In this document: piece by piece, positions 17,308-27,193 of the stretch | Layout of the letters: each line of letters begins with the position of its first letter | Position numbering within the stretch: the first letter of the stretch is position 1 | DNA from: Candidatus Latescibacterota bacterium | GTDB lineage: Bacteria > Latescibacterota > UBA2968 > UBA8231 | Direction of reading: 5' to 3' | Assembly: GCA_965223905.1 (NCBI GenBank) | Contig: CBDCXV010000001.1 | Span: 896,001-960,000 of the forward strand | DNA: 64,000 nucleotides | Notes under the pieces: generated by a model | The model's input: the letters and a program-made list of their open reading frames with translations, nothing else | What the model was told of the DNA's origin: nothing | Databases searched by the model: none | Translations under genes and position numbers: made by a program

Positions 17308-19393
17308 ATGCGGCTTTGAACGGACTGGGCAGCCAGCTGTTCGGCTGGTTTGGCCAGCTGAGTATCGAACTGGCGGTGCTGGCCCTGGTGGTCCTGGCAG
17401 CCGGTCGCCTGCTGCCGATCAAATCGCCGGGGTTGCGCCACCTGTTGTGGGTCGTCGTGCTGCTCAAGCCGCTCGTCGCTGTGGCGGTCAGCTCGCCTTT
17501 TACGCTATTCACGCCATTCGCCCCGTTGGTGCCGCTGGCTGAATCCGGTCGGGATGCCCTGGCATTCCTGCCTGTCGAGCACCCAACGGTGCATGCAGCT
17601 GCTTCTCCGATAGTTGCCACAAGCAGCGTGCGACTTACTCCAGCCGGCTGGGGAGCGATTCTGTGGATTGCAGGGGCGGCGCTGCTCATCGGGCGCATTA
17701 TGATCGGCCAGGGAATCCTCTGGCGCTTGCGGCAGCAGGCACAGGTGCAGCGCGGCGGTCCGCTCTTCGACGCCCTGCGCCAGGTGCGTCAGGAGTTCGA
17801 CTGCTATCCCAGGGTCGAGGTGGCGACCTCCCCTTCTACCAGCTCGCCGATGGTCCTGGGCATCCTGAGACCGATCATTGTCTTCCCGGCCGATCTCGTG
17901 GACAAGCTTCGCGCCGAGGAACTCTCCCTGATCCTCATGCACGAGCTGGCGCACGTGCGCCGCTGCGACAACCTCGTGCTGCTGCTGCACCGGCTGGTCG
18001 CAGCCGTATTGTTCTTCCATCCCGTCGTGTGGCTGTGCGGCCGCATGTTGCGGCGGGAAGCCGAACAGGCGTGCGACGATCTCGTGGTATGCGCCACCGG
18101 TCGCGAAAAAGCTTATGCGCGTGGCCTTGCCCACGTCGCGGAACGGGGGGGCCACTTCAACCCTTTGATAAGGAGAATCCCCACGATGAACGCCTTTGCA
18201 GCAGTGGAATCGGATCTTGCGCTGAGAATCCGCCGGACGCTTCGCGGGGGTGCGCGCCGGATGGGCACCCGGGCGCGCGTGTTGGCGGCGGTACTGCTTG
18301 GTCCCCTGATGGTCGTGACTCTGCCCTCTTGTGGCACTACCGGAAAACGCACGGGTGGAGACATGGCAGCGGTAAAAGTCTTGGAAAAGGAAAGTCGGGA
18401 CGACGAAATCTGGCGAGAGGCGATGACGACGGATCCGGACGAATGGTCCGAGGAGCTCAGGCTCCGGCTTCTTTCGACTATACCGGACAGTACCTTCCAA
18501 AAAATGGCAATGCTTCGCTCGCTGTTTGCCCAGGAAATCCCCGCGATTATGGAGGAGAAGCGAATCTGGCAAGAGGCGATGGCGAGCGATCAAGGTGAAT
18601 GGTCTGACGACCTGAAAACCCAGCTTCTTGCGATAAACCCCGCCAGTACCCTCGAGGAGGTCGTCGAGGGGCGCCTTAGAAGATTGTTAAACCCTTGGTA
18701 ATCCAGATGAAACACCGAATCCAGCGTCAAAATCCAGCGGTTCACAGACTCCGTAAACCCAGACAGAATTCCTCTCTATATCTATTATTATCATTAGGTT
18801 ACGTAAGTTTCTGTCGGATTTCTTGGTCTGGGCCGAGCTGAGCTTCTCAGCGGGAAAAGCGGAATCCGTAACAATCGTCTAATGCTCCCTCGTCGAGGAG
18901 GTTCTTCGGCGCAGGGTTTGGGGAGAGGCGATGGCGAATGATCCAGGTGAATGGTCCGAGGACCTGAAAACCCAGCTTCTTGAGCTTAAACCCGGCAGCA
19001 CCATCGAAGAGATCGCCAAGGAAATCAGCAAACTCAGGTCCTGGCGGGAGGAGGGATGGCCGCCAACCGATTCTGACGAATGGCCCGAGGAGCTGAAGGC
19101 CCAGATTCTTGCACGTAAGGCCTCGGAAAAAGTTATAATCGTCCTGGATCAGGACGGCAATTGGACAACACTACGATCATCATCCAAGGAGGTGAGTGCG
19201 CCGGACACGGTCAGATCGTCCAGATCATGGAATTCGGATCACGGGGTTCTGGGCATCGGCGATACCCTCAAGCTCGATGTGACCCGATGAGGGCGCCGCG
19301 CGCGCACAGATCGTCCAGGTCATGGAGATCGCTCGCCAGGTAGGGCTAGTCGATCAGGTCATCGCCACGGAACCGCAACGCGCAACTGAATGA
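17304..19393 (+). pseudogene. BlaR1-like M56 metallopeptidase sensor, interrupted by a MITE; C-terminal repeats and degenerate ExbD-like tail
   Basis: SPMVLGILRP, HELAHVRRCD, FFHPVVW and EQACDD motifs; removing 18669-18897 joins 17304-18668 in frame to 18898-19290. Confidence 0.85.
18669..18889. mobile_element. 221-bp MITE with 21-bp imperfect TIRs and 8-bp TSD
   Basis: Ends GGGCGCCTTAGAAGATTGTTA / TAACAATCGTCTAATGCTCCC; TCGTCGAG duplicated at 18661-68 and 18890-97; AT-rich interior with no ORF. Confidence 0.92.
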
Positions 19394-19405
19394 GGTTTCC
19401 TGGCA

Positions 19406-19890
19406 CTATTCTCCGACCAGGGCCAATGCCTTGTCCACGACTTGGTTGGACAGGTACATACCCGGCTGCCGGAGTTGGTCGACTACGGGCCGTGCTGATG
19501 GGATCAACCCGCGTTTCTTTGCAACCAAAACAAGACCGAGAGTACCTCGGAGAGGGATGCCCAACGCGGTTGCGCAGCGTCGGGCTGCCAAGTCGTCAAC
19601 TATGACTTCCGTGCCTTTGTGGATATAACCCCAAGTCAGCACAGAGGACTCGCCCGGACCTGAATCCCACGCTTTGATACGTGCGTGAATGGGTGGTGTG
19701 GGAACGACGGCCAGCCAGGATGTTTTTCGATGGTCTGGACTGTTGGATCATCAGGGCCGCGCTGTTGGATTTCTTCAGCAACGGCGGCAGGATCAACGAC
19801 TTTATCACCTGCGCTTTTCAGCAGATTGAGCAGGTCTCCACACACCAGGAAAATGAGCGGCGAAGCATTGACGGCCGGCTTTTCAGCCAC
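19406..19890 (-). pseudogene. DUF3368 PIN-like toxin, frameshifted in a homopolymer near 19725
   Basis: VNASPLIFL N-terminus; GESSVL, VDDLAARRCA and GTLGLVLVAKKRGLI motifs in another frame. Confidence 0.75.
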
Positions 19891-20134
19891 GCGCTAGTTC
19901 ACGTTCCAATGCGGCGGCATCCACTCCGAAGACATCCACTTGCTCGCGTGCCAGGGCCTTGAGAAAGTCGGTGCGATCCAGACCGGCTATCTGGGCGGCT
20001 TTTTCTTGAGAGATAACGCCTCGTTCATACCAGCGGATAGCCCCTGCCAGACGCAATTCAGAGACGAATTCCTCTGGGGAGCGGCGCAGAGCAGAGAAAA
20101 CTTCATCCGGCAGTTCCAAGGTGACCTTAGTCAT
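19883..20134 (-). CDS. UPF0175 family antitoxin
   Basis: ELRLAGAIRWYERGVISQEKAAQIAGLDRTDF; paired with DUF3368. Confidence 0.85.
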   Translation of the reverse strand: MTKVTLELPDEVFSALRRSPEEFVSELRLAGAIRWYERGVISQEKAAQIAGLDRTDFLKALAREQVDVFGVDAAALERELARG

Positions 20135-20383
20135 GATTCACGTCCTTCATCATAAAACACCAAACGGTTCCCGGATCTCCTGCCATCCAGGACGATGCCG
20201 TGGGGGCGATCCTGGCGCCTCCCCTCCCGTAGACTGGTTGTAGTTCTGTTCCACCGCAAAGCCCAAGCCAGCCTCATGTAGTAGTAAGAGTCCTTGAACC
20301 GGTCCGTCCCCAGGATTGGATGCGGATTCTTTACAGATCAGGAATTGGAATCCTGTTTTGTAAAAAAAACCGCAGACCGCCGG

Positions 20384-21874
20384 TTACTCCGATTCCTCGA
20401 GCTCCCCGGCCTGCGGACCGGCCACGGCCTCCCCCTCGGCCTTGATGGCCTCGAGGCGGGCCGACAGCCGGCGCACGATCTCGGGGTGCCGCCCGTACAG
20501 GTTCCGCCGCTCGGAGATGTCCTCCCCGAGATTGAACAGCTCCCCGGGGAAATCGTGGTCCTCGTACCCCCGCTCCTCCTTGAACCAGTCCGGCTCGCCG
20601 TTGTCGTCGCCGGAGGGGGCGTCGATGAAGACCCAGTCGTCCTCGCGCAGGGCGAAGCGCCCGGAGCAGCTGTGATGCACGGCGGAGCGGCGCACCGGCG
20701 CGTCGGTTCGGCCCTGCAGCAGGGGCAGCATGCCGATGCTGTCCTCGGCCTCTCCGGGGGGCAGCCGGACCCCGGTCAGCTCGGCGCAGGTGGCGGTGAA
20801 ATCCCCGAGCAGGGTGAGCTGGCCGCAGACGGAGCCGGCCGGGGTGACCCCGGGCCAGCGGGCGACGAAGGGCACCCGGTGCCCGCCTTCCCAGGTGTCG
20901 CGCTTGGCGCCGCGCAGGTGGGCCATGCTGTAGTGGCCGAACAGGCGCGCGTGCTCGTAGCAGCCGCCGGCCGCGGCCGGGATGCACTCGGGGCCGTTGT
21001 CGCTGGTGAAGATGAGCAGCGTGTCGTCGGTCAGCCCCTGCTCGTCGAGGGCGGCCATGACTTCCCCGACCACCCAGTCGACTTCGCAGACGAAATCGCC
21101 GTACAGGCCGGTCCCGCTGCGGCCGATGAAGGGCTCGTTGGGGACGATCGGCGTGTGCGGGGAGGTCAGCGGCAGGTAGAGGAAGAAGGGGTCGGAGCCG
21201 GCCGCGGCGATGTAGTCGCGGGCGCGGCGGACGAACTCCGGGACCATCTCCTCCAGCTTCCAGCCCGGCTTCATGGCACCGGGCAGGCCGAACATCTCCT
21301 CGGGCTTCTGCGCGGTCGGGGCCGCGGCCAGCCGGTCCTGCTCGAACCAGGTGTAGGGCGGGAAGTTGGGCACGTCGACGCCGAAGTAGGAGTCGAAACC
21401 GCAGGCCAGGGGGCCGCCGCCGATGGGTTGGCTGTAGTCGATGTTGCGCTCGAGGGCCAGGCGCTGTTCCCGGTCGTGTTGGCCGATGGGAACGTCTCCG
21501 CAGGCCGATCTGCCGTCCCGGGTCGCCCATTCCCAGCCGAGGTGCCACTTGCCGATGCAGGCGGTGCGGTAGCCCTGCTGTTGCAGCAACCTGGCAACGG
21601 TGAGACGGTCCGGCTCGATCAGGGGCGGATCCCAGGGCCACAGGACGCTGCTTTTCAGCGGCGTGCGCCAGCAGTAGCGCCCGGTCAGCAGGGCGTAGCG
21701 GCTGGGGGAGCAGACGCTGGAGGAGGCGTGGGCGTCGGTGAGGCGCATCCCCTGAGAGGCGAGACGGTCGAGGTGGGGCGTGGGGATTTTCGATTCGGGG
21801 TTGTTGCTCCCCATGTCGCCGTACCCCATGTCGTCGGCGAGGATGTAAATGATGTTGGGCTTTTTCCGGGGCAT
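20384..21874 (-). CDS. Arylsulfatase A family sulfatase
   Basis: PNIIYILADDMGYGD, CSPSRYALLTG, GKWHLG, SDNG and EGGHRVP motifs. Confidence 0.93.
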   Translation of the reverse strand: MPRKKPNIIYILADDMGYGDMGSNNPESKIPTPHLDRLASQGMRLTDAHASSSVCSPSRYALLTGRYCWRTPLKSSVLWPWDPPLIEPDRLTVARLLQQQGYRTACIGKWHLGWEWATRDGRSACGDVPIGQHDREQRLALERNIDYSQPIGGGPLACGFDSYFGVDVPNFPPYTWFEQDRLAAAPTAQKPEEMFGLPGAMKPGWKLEEMVPEFVRRARDYIAAAGSDPFFLYLPLTSPHTPIVPNEPFIGRSGTGLYGDFVCEVDWVVGEVMAALDEQGLTDDTLLIFTSDNGPECIPAAAGGCYEHARLFGHYSMAHLRGAKRDTWEGGHRVPFVARWPGVTPAGSVCGQLTLLGDFTATCAELTGVRLPPGEAEDSIGMLPLLQGRTDAPVRRSAVHHSCSGRFALREDDWVFIDAPSGDDNGEPDWFKEERGYEDHDFPGELFNLGEDISERRNLYGRHPEIVRRLSARLEAIKAEGEAVAGPQAGELEESE

Positions 21875-21891
21875 GGTCGGTTGCTCCCCCC

Positions 21892-22863
21892 TCATGCCCG
21901 CTGCTCGCGCCGCAGGTCGAGCCACTCCAGCTCCGCGGCGGTGAGCTCGATGTCGAACACCGCGGCGTTCTCCCGGCACTCGCGCGCGTTGCGCGGCGCC
22001 ACCAGGGCATAGATGTCGAGGTCCTGGTGCAGGACCCAGGCCAGGGCGATCTGCGGCACGGATACCCCCTTGTCCGCGGCCAGCTCCCGGGCGCGGTCGA
22101 GGCGCTCGAAGTTCTCTTCGGTGAAGTAGCAGTCGGTGAACCAGCGTCCGAGCTCGGCACCCATCTTCTCCCGGTTCTCCCGCTTCAGCCGTCCGGAGAA
22201 GAACCCCCCGGCCAGGCTCGACCAGGTGAACAGGGGCATCCCCTGCCGCCGGTACCAGTCCCGGTCCGCGGCCCTGTCCGGCCCCGAAAGCGACAGGCAG
22301 TCCGCCCAGGGCGGCTGCGCCTGCACCGCGAGGCTGAGGTTCGGACTGCTCGCCGCGAACGGAACCAGCCCGTGCTTTTCGGCGTACTCGTTGGCTTCGG
22401 CGATGCGCGGCGCCGTCCAGTTGGAACCGCCGAAGGCGCGGATGCGGCCGGCGTCCAGGTGCTCATTGAGGATCTCGACGATCGGACCGACGTCGCAGTC
22501 GGGATCGTCCCGGTGCAGCAGGTGCAGGTCGATGTGGCCGTGGCGCTGGCGCGCCAGGGAATCGAACAGGTCCGCGGTGATGTCGAAGGGGGTGACGCGG
22601 CGGCGGTCGGCGTTGTGATGCGCCCCCTTGCCGATGACGAAGACCCGGTCCCGGTTGCCGCGCGCCTCCATCCAGCGGCCGAGCACGCGCTCGCAGGTGC
22701 CGCCGCCGTAGAGCGCCGCGGTGTCGAAGGCGTTGTACCCCGCCTCGAAGGCGGCGTCGAGGAGATCGAAGCCGGCCTCGAGCTCCTTCTCTTTCAGCGG
22801 GATCGTGCCGAACACGAGGCGCGAGGGCCGCACCGGGGCGAACGGAAGGTCGCCGCAGCGCAT
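21892..22863 (-). CDS. Aldo/keto reductase
   Basis: FDTAALYG, IDLHLLHRDD, FGGSNW and WSSLAGGFFSG motifs. Confidence 0.9.
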   Translation of the reverse strand: MRCGDLPFAPVRPSRLVFGTIPLKEKELEAGFDLLDAAFEAGYNAFDTAALYGGGTCERVLGRWMEARGNRDRVFVIGKGAHHNADRRRVTPFDITADLFDSLARQRHGHIDLHLLHRDDPDCDVGPIVEILNEHLDAGRIRAFGGSNWTAPRIAEANEYAEKHGLVPFAASSPNLSLAVQAQPPWADCLSLSGPDRAADRDWYRRQGMPLFTWSSLAGGFFSGRLKRENREKMGAELGRWFTDCYFTEENFERLDRARELAADKGVSVPQIALAWVLHQDLDIYALVAPRNARECRENAAVFDIELTAAELEWLDLRREQRA

Positions 22864-22865
22864 GG

Positions 22866-23858
22866 TCAGGAGCTCCTTTCGGCTGGGTACTTCAGTCCCC
22901 AGATATCGCGGATGCGGTCCATGATGCGGACCAGGGCGAGGGTCTCGTCCAGGGGGATGGCCTCGCTTTCGAGCTTGCCGGCGCGCAGGTACTCGTTCAC
23001 CGCTTCCGCCTCGAACTCGTAGCCGTTGCGGCGCAGCGGGAATTCGTAGTGCTCCTTGCACCCCCCGGACTCGAGGGTGACGCCCTCGGTCCTGTGGAAG
23101 GGCGGGTCCAGGGTGATCATGCCCTCGGTGCCGTGGATGCGGGCGCGGCCCTGGAAGGTGGTGCGCACGGCGCTGCGGAGCACGGCGATCTGCCCGCCGG
23201 CGTACCCGAGGAGCACGGCGGCCTGGTCGTCGACCCCGGTCTTCCCCATCTCGGCCAGGGCCTCGACGCGGTCGGGGTGCGGCCCCAGGACCATCGAGGC
23301 GAAGGCGAGGGTGTAGATGCCGATGTCGAGCAGGCTGCCGCCCCCCAGGCGGGGGTTGAACAGCCGCTGCGTGGGGTCGAAGCGGGCGCGGAAGCCGAAC
23401 TCGGCGTCGAGCATGCGCACCTCGCCGATGGCCCCGGAGGCCAGCCATTCCCGCACCTTGATCATCCCCGGGATGAAGCGCGCCCACATCGCCTCCATCA
23501 GGAACAGCTTTCGCGAGCGCGCCGCGGCGATCATCTCCTCCGCCTCGCCGACGTTGAGGGCGAACGGCTTCTCGCACAGCACCGGCTTGCCCGCCTCCAG
23601 GGCGAGCAGGGTGTTATCGCGGTGGAACGGGTTCGGACTGCTGATGTAGACGACGTCGATGTCGGGGTCGGCCACGAGCTCGGCGTACGAGCCGTAGCGC
23701 CGCGGGATCCCGAAGCGGTCTCCGAAGGCGTCGGCCGTGTCGAGGGCGCGGGAGCCGACCGCGGCGATCTCGGCGTCAGGAACCACGGACATCCCCTCGG
23801 CGAACTTCTCCGCCATCCAGCCGGTGGCGAGGAATCCCCAGCGGATTTTCTCGGTCAT
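22866..23858 (-). CDS. Gfo/Idh/MocA family oxidoreductase
   Basis: VLCEKP, EAMW and GGGSLLDIGIY motifs. Confidence 0.92.
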   Translation of the reverse strand: MTEKIRWGFLATGWMAEKFAEGMSVVPDAEIAAVGSRALDTADAFGDRFGIPRRYGSYAELVADPDIDVVYISSPNPFHRDNTLLALEAGKPVLCEKPFALNVGEAEEMIAAARSRKLFLMEAMWARFIPGMIKVREWLASGAIGEVRMLDAEFGFRARFDPTQRLFNPRLGGGSLLDIGIYTLAFASMVLGPHPDRVEALAEMGKTGVDDQAAVLLGYAGGQIAVLRSAVRTTFQGRARIHGTEGMITLDPPFHRTEGVTLESGGCKEHYEFPLRRNGYEFEAEAVNEYLRAGKLESEAIPLDETLALVRIMDRIRDIWGLKYPAERSS

Positions 23859-24049
23859 GGTTTGTGCGTCTTCTGTGTCGATTGGTCGATGCGGCCGGCG
23901 CGGGTTGCTCCGGCCCCCGGTTCCCTGTGTGCTGAAGCGGCCGCGAAGCCCGGAATTGCGCGGCCGATATCAGGGTTGCCCACAGTCACCCGCAGGGGAG
24001 GCGGGCACTACACAGGCAGGACGATAAACTCCATCCGGGGATGTGACCT

Positions 24050-25129
24050 TCAGTCCGGCAAACCACGCTTCAGGCTGCCCCAACTGGTCGACTCGACCGA
24101 CGTTGTCGGCTGCTCGAACTCGGCTCTGTACAGGCCATGCTCCTGGCTTGGCCGGATGGAGGCGTAGGCGATACCTGGGGCCTGCGGATCGAAAGCGATC
24201 TTGCCGGGCTGAATATCGTGGATGCGGGTCCAATTGTTGCCGCCGTCGACGGTGCGAAAGATGCCACCGCCAAGATGCGACTTGGGGCCAGAGCCAGCGA
24301 GCAGCACACCTTCGTTGTGCGGATCGATGGCGACCGTCCGGATGTTGCCACCTCTCAGTCCGGCATAGTTCCAGCTCGATCCCTGATTGTCACTCCTGAA
24401 AATCCCACCGGGGACCCCGGCGGTGTACATGACAGCCGGCTCGGAGGGGTCCGCAGCAAACGTATCGACGATCAGGTCTCCGACGGGCAGCCCATTGGTG
24501 CTCGATTGCCAGCTCGTCCCGCCATCGCGGCTTCGGAACAAATAGGTGTTGCAACTGCAGTGCCCGGCAGAGAGGAACAGGAGGTCGGGCTGAAGGGGAT
24601 GTATCAGTAGATCGTTATAATGGCCGTAGTACCCAGGTGGACCCGAATAGAGGTGGGTCCAGCTATCTCCGGCGTCTCGACTCTTGAGCACTCCTTCGTC
24701 GGTAGCGGCAAACAATGCCCCGGGATGGTGGGGATCGCTCCCCAGGTGGTAGAACCAATCACCGGAAAAATCCATGAGGGTCCAGGTGTAGCCGCTGTCA
24801 TCCGACTTCAGGAGATAGGGTTGTGTCGTACGGATCCCCAGATACAAAGCCTGCGGGTCGTGTTGATCCACCGCGAATGCCTGGATGTGCCCTTGCCCGT
24901 CCACGAAGACGTCGATATCCAGTAAGCTCACCCACTCATCCCCCCGGTTCGGGGACCAGAGCAGCTCATCCCCGGCAACAGCGTAGAGCCCACCGGGATG
25001 ATGTGGATCGATCTCGAATACGCTGACGCTCTTTTCGTTGGGCTGGATACGATGCCACTCCACCGCCGTCAGCGGTGAGAGCGCAACGGCTATCGATGTC
25101 AGGGCCAAGTGCCAGATCGAGCGTGACAT
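24050..25129 (-). CDS. Secreted BNR/Asp-box beta-propeller protein with C-terminal SWGxLK motif
   Basis: Signal peptide; repeated SxDxGxxW; ends TTSVESTSWGSLKRGLPD. Confidence 0.8.
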   Translation of the reverse strand: MSRSIWHLALTSIAVALSPLTAVEWHRIQPNEKSVSVFEIDPHHPGGLYAVAGDELLWSPNRGDEWVSLLDIDVFVDGQGHIQAFAVDQHDPQALYLGIRTTQPYLLKSDDSGYTWTLMDFSGDWFYHLGSDPHHPGALFAATDEGVLKSRDAGDSWTHLYSGPPGYYGHYNDLLIHPLQPDLLFLSAGHCSCNTYLFRSRDGGTSWQSSTNGLPVGDLIVDTFAADPSEPAVMYTAGVPGGIFRSDNQGSSWNYAGLRGGNIRTVAIDPHNEGVLLAGSGPKSHLGGGIFRTVDGGNNWTRIHDIQPGKIAFDPQAPGIAYASIRPSQEHGLYRAEFEQPTTSVESTSWGSLKRGLPD

Positions 25130-25343
25130 GAACGACCTCCTTCGGACAAGCCACGAGGAAGCTACTTATAGGAAACGCCGGGGACAATGTGGTCGGGCGT
25201 TACTTCCGGTTGCGCCGTCAGATCTGCTGACAGCCGGCATGCCCATCGATTACGGGTGGAGTCTGCAACACTCCCCACCTGCGGACCAGTCGGAGGGCCC
25301 CTATCTTCGCGGCAGCGACCAACCCATCGAAACGGAGGCCACC

Positions 25344-26171
25344 ATGATCATCGACACCCACACCCACTTCTACGATCCCTCCCGGCCCGAAGGCGTGCCC
25401 TGGCCGCCGCCGGACAACAAGCTCCTCTACCGCACCGTGTTGCCCGAGCACTTCATGGCGGAGGCGTCCCCGCACGGGGTGACCGGGACCGTGGTGGTCG
25501 AGGCGGCCTGCACGGTCGAGGACAACCAGTGGATCCTCGACATGGCCGACCGCGACCCCGTCATCGTCGGCTACGTGGGAAGGCTCGAAAGCGGCACCCC
25601 CCAATTCGCGGACCAGGTGGAGCGCTTCTTCGCCCATCCCGTCTTCCGCGGCATCCGCGCCTGGGGTGACCTCGACGGCGGCTTCCTCGACGAGACGAAG
25701 CTGCTGGCCGAGAAGAACCTCGTGCTCGACTGCATGCCGGGTGACGGCGAGGCGCGCGCCGGCTTCCTGCGGCTCGCCCGCGAGCTGCCGGACCTCACCC
25801 TGGTGATCGAACACGTCGCCCACGTGGTGATCGACGGCGGCCCCCCCGATCAGGAATGGGTCGACTTCATCGAAGCCGCGGGCGCCAACGCCAACGTCTA
25901 CATGAAGGTGTCGGCGTATACGGAGAGCAGCGCCGTGCAACCCGCCCCAGCCGAACTCGACTACTACCGGCCGACCCTCGAGGCGATGTGGAACGCTTTC
26001 GGCGAGGAGCGGCTGTTCTTCGGCAGCAACTGGCCGGTGTGCGAGCGGGCCGCGACCTACGCGACCTGCTTCGGCATCGTGCGGGAGTACTTCGATGGGA
26101 AGGGGGCCGAAGCCGCCGAGAAGTTCTTCTGGAAGAACGCGAAGGCGGCCTACGAATGGCCGGACCGCTGA
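25344..26171 (+). CDS. Amidohydrolase family protein
   Basis: IIDTHTHF, VIEH, YMKVS and FGSNWPV motifs. Confidence 0.88.
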   Translation: MIIDTHTHFYDPSRPEGVPWPPPDNKLLYRTVLPEHFMAEASPHGVTGTVVVEAACTVEDNQWILDMADRDPVIVGYVGRLESGTPQFADQVERFFAHPVFRGIRAWGDLDGGFLDETKLLAEKNLVLDCMPGDGEARAGFLRLARELPDLTLVIEHVAHVVIDGGPPDQEWVDFIEAAGANANVYMKVSAYTESSAVQPAPAELDYYRPTLEAMWNAFGEERLFFGSNWPVCERAATYATCFGIVREYFDGKGAEAAEKFFWKNAKAAYEWPDR

Positions 26172-26220
26172 GGATCTGGCCGGGCGCTGACCTTGGCTGA
26201 GCCCGCCCGGCCCCTGAGGC

Positions 26221-26958
26221 CTACTCGACCGCGAACAGCCGGTTGCGCGCCGGCAGGCTGACGATCTCCGAGAAATGCCGGACCTGGAGGTCCGGTTGCC
26301 CCGCGTCGATCACGGTCGGCGCCTCGATCACGAAGTCGGCGAAGTGGGGAACGTTGAAGGCGACGAAGGCCAGCGCCAGGCAGTCGACGAGCCGCTCCGG
26401 CCGCTGCGACAGGTCGGGGAAGGCGAGCGGACCGGTGTCGACCTGGTAGATGTCGTCCTCGCGGCGCGTGTTCATCGTCTTCACCGGGCACTCGATCAGG
26501 GCCCGCAGGCCGGTGCTGTCGTCGCCGATCTCGGTCTGCGAGACCAGCGGCGCGAAGCGGTAGGTCTCCTCGCGGACCGCAGCGTTCGAGGGCAGCTCGC
26601 GCACCGCAGACCCTTCGACCAGATGCAGGTCGTAGCCGCCGAACATCTTCTCGTACGGCAGGGTCTGCCGGTAGCGGTCGCTGAGGTAGGCGTGGCGCCG
26701 GAAGATCAGGCCGTAGCCGGCGCTGAAGATCGGCAGGAAGTCGTAGTTGTCCCGAATGAACAGGTCCTTCTCGCCGAAGGTGTTCTCGCTCTTGCAGGAA
26801 GCGGTCTGGTAGAAATCCTCGCAGACCCCCTCGCGGTCGTCGACGATGCGGGTGCGCGACTCGATCCAGAAGCGCACCTCGTTGGCGGCCCCCTTCCCGA
26901 TCAGGAACGAGCGCCCGTAGTCGAGCGGGGTCATGTCGATCTGCTGTCCGTCGGTCAT
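26221..26958 (-). CDS. Hypothetical protein
   Basis: Protein-like composition in the expected codon frame (LDYGRSFL...CKSENTF); no recognised family. Confidence 0.65.
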   Translation of the reverse strand: MTDGQQIDMTPLDYGRSFLIGKGAANEVRFWIESRTRIVDDREGVCEDFYQTASCKSENTFGEKDLFIRDNYDFLPIFSAGYGLIFRRHAYLSDRYRQTLPYEKMFGGYDLHLVEGSAVRELPSNAAVREETYRFAPLVSQTEIGDDSTGLRALIECPVKTMNTRREDDIYQVDTGPLAFPDLSQRPERLVDCLALAFVAFNVPHFADFVIEAPTVIDAGQPDLQVRHFSEIVSLPARNRLFAVE

Positions 26959-27193
26959 AGCGAATCCCTCCATACCCGGCGCCGCGCGAGGCGTCAGTGC
27001 CTGCGCGCGATTAAGTAAGGGCACGAACGAAGTTGAGGACCAACTGCGTCTTTCGCCGATGCTCCCGGGTCCGGGCGGCAGCTACCTAGCGAGGGCAACG
27101 CAGCGAGCCGAATGCAGCGGCGGCCGAATTGACGCGGACGTGCGCGCGCAGGCGCTCGGCATCCGGCGTCCCGAAAGGCGCCGGACAATCCAG

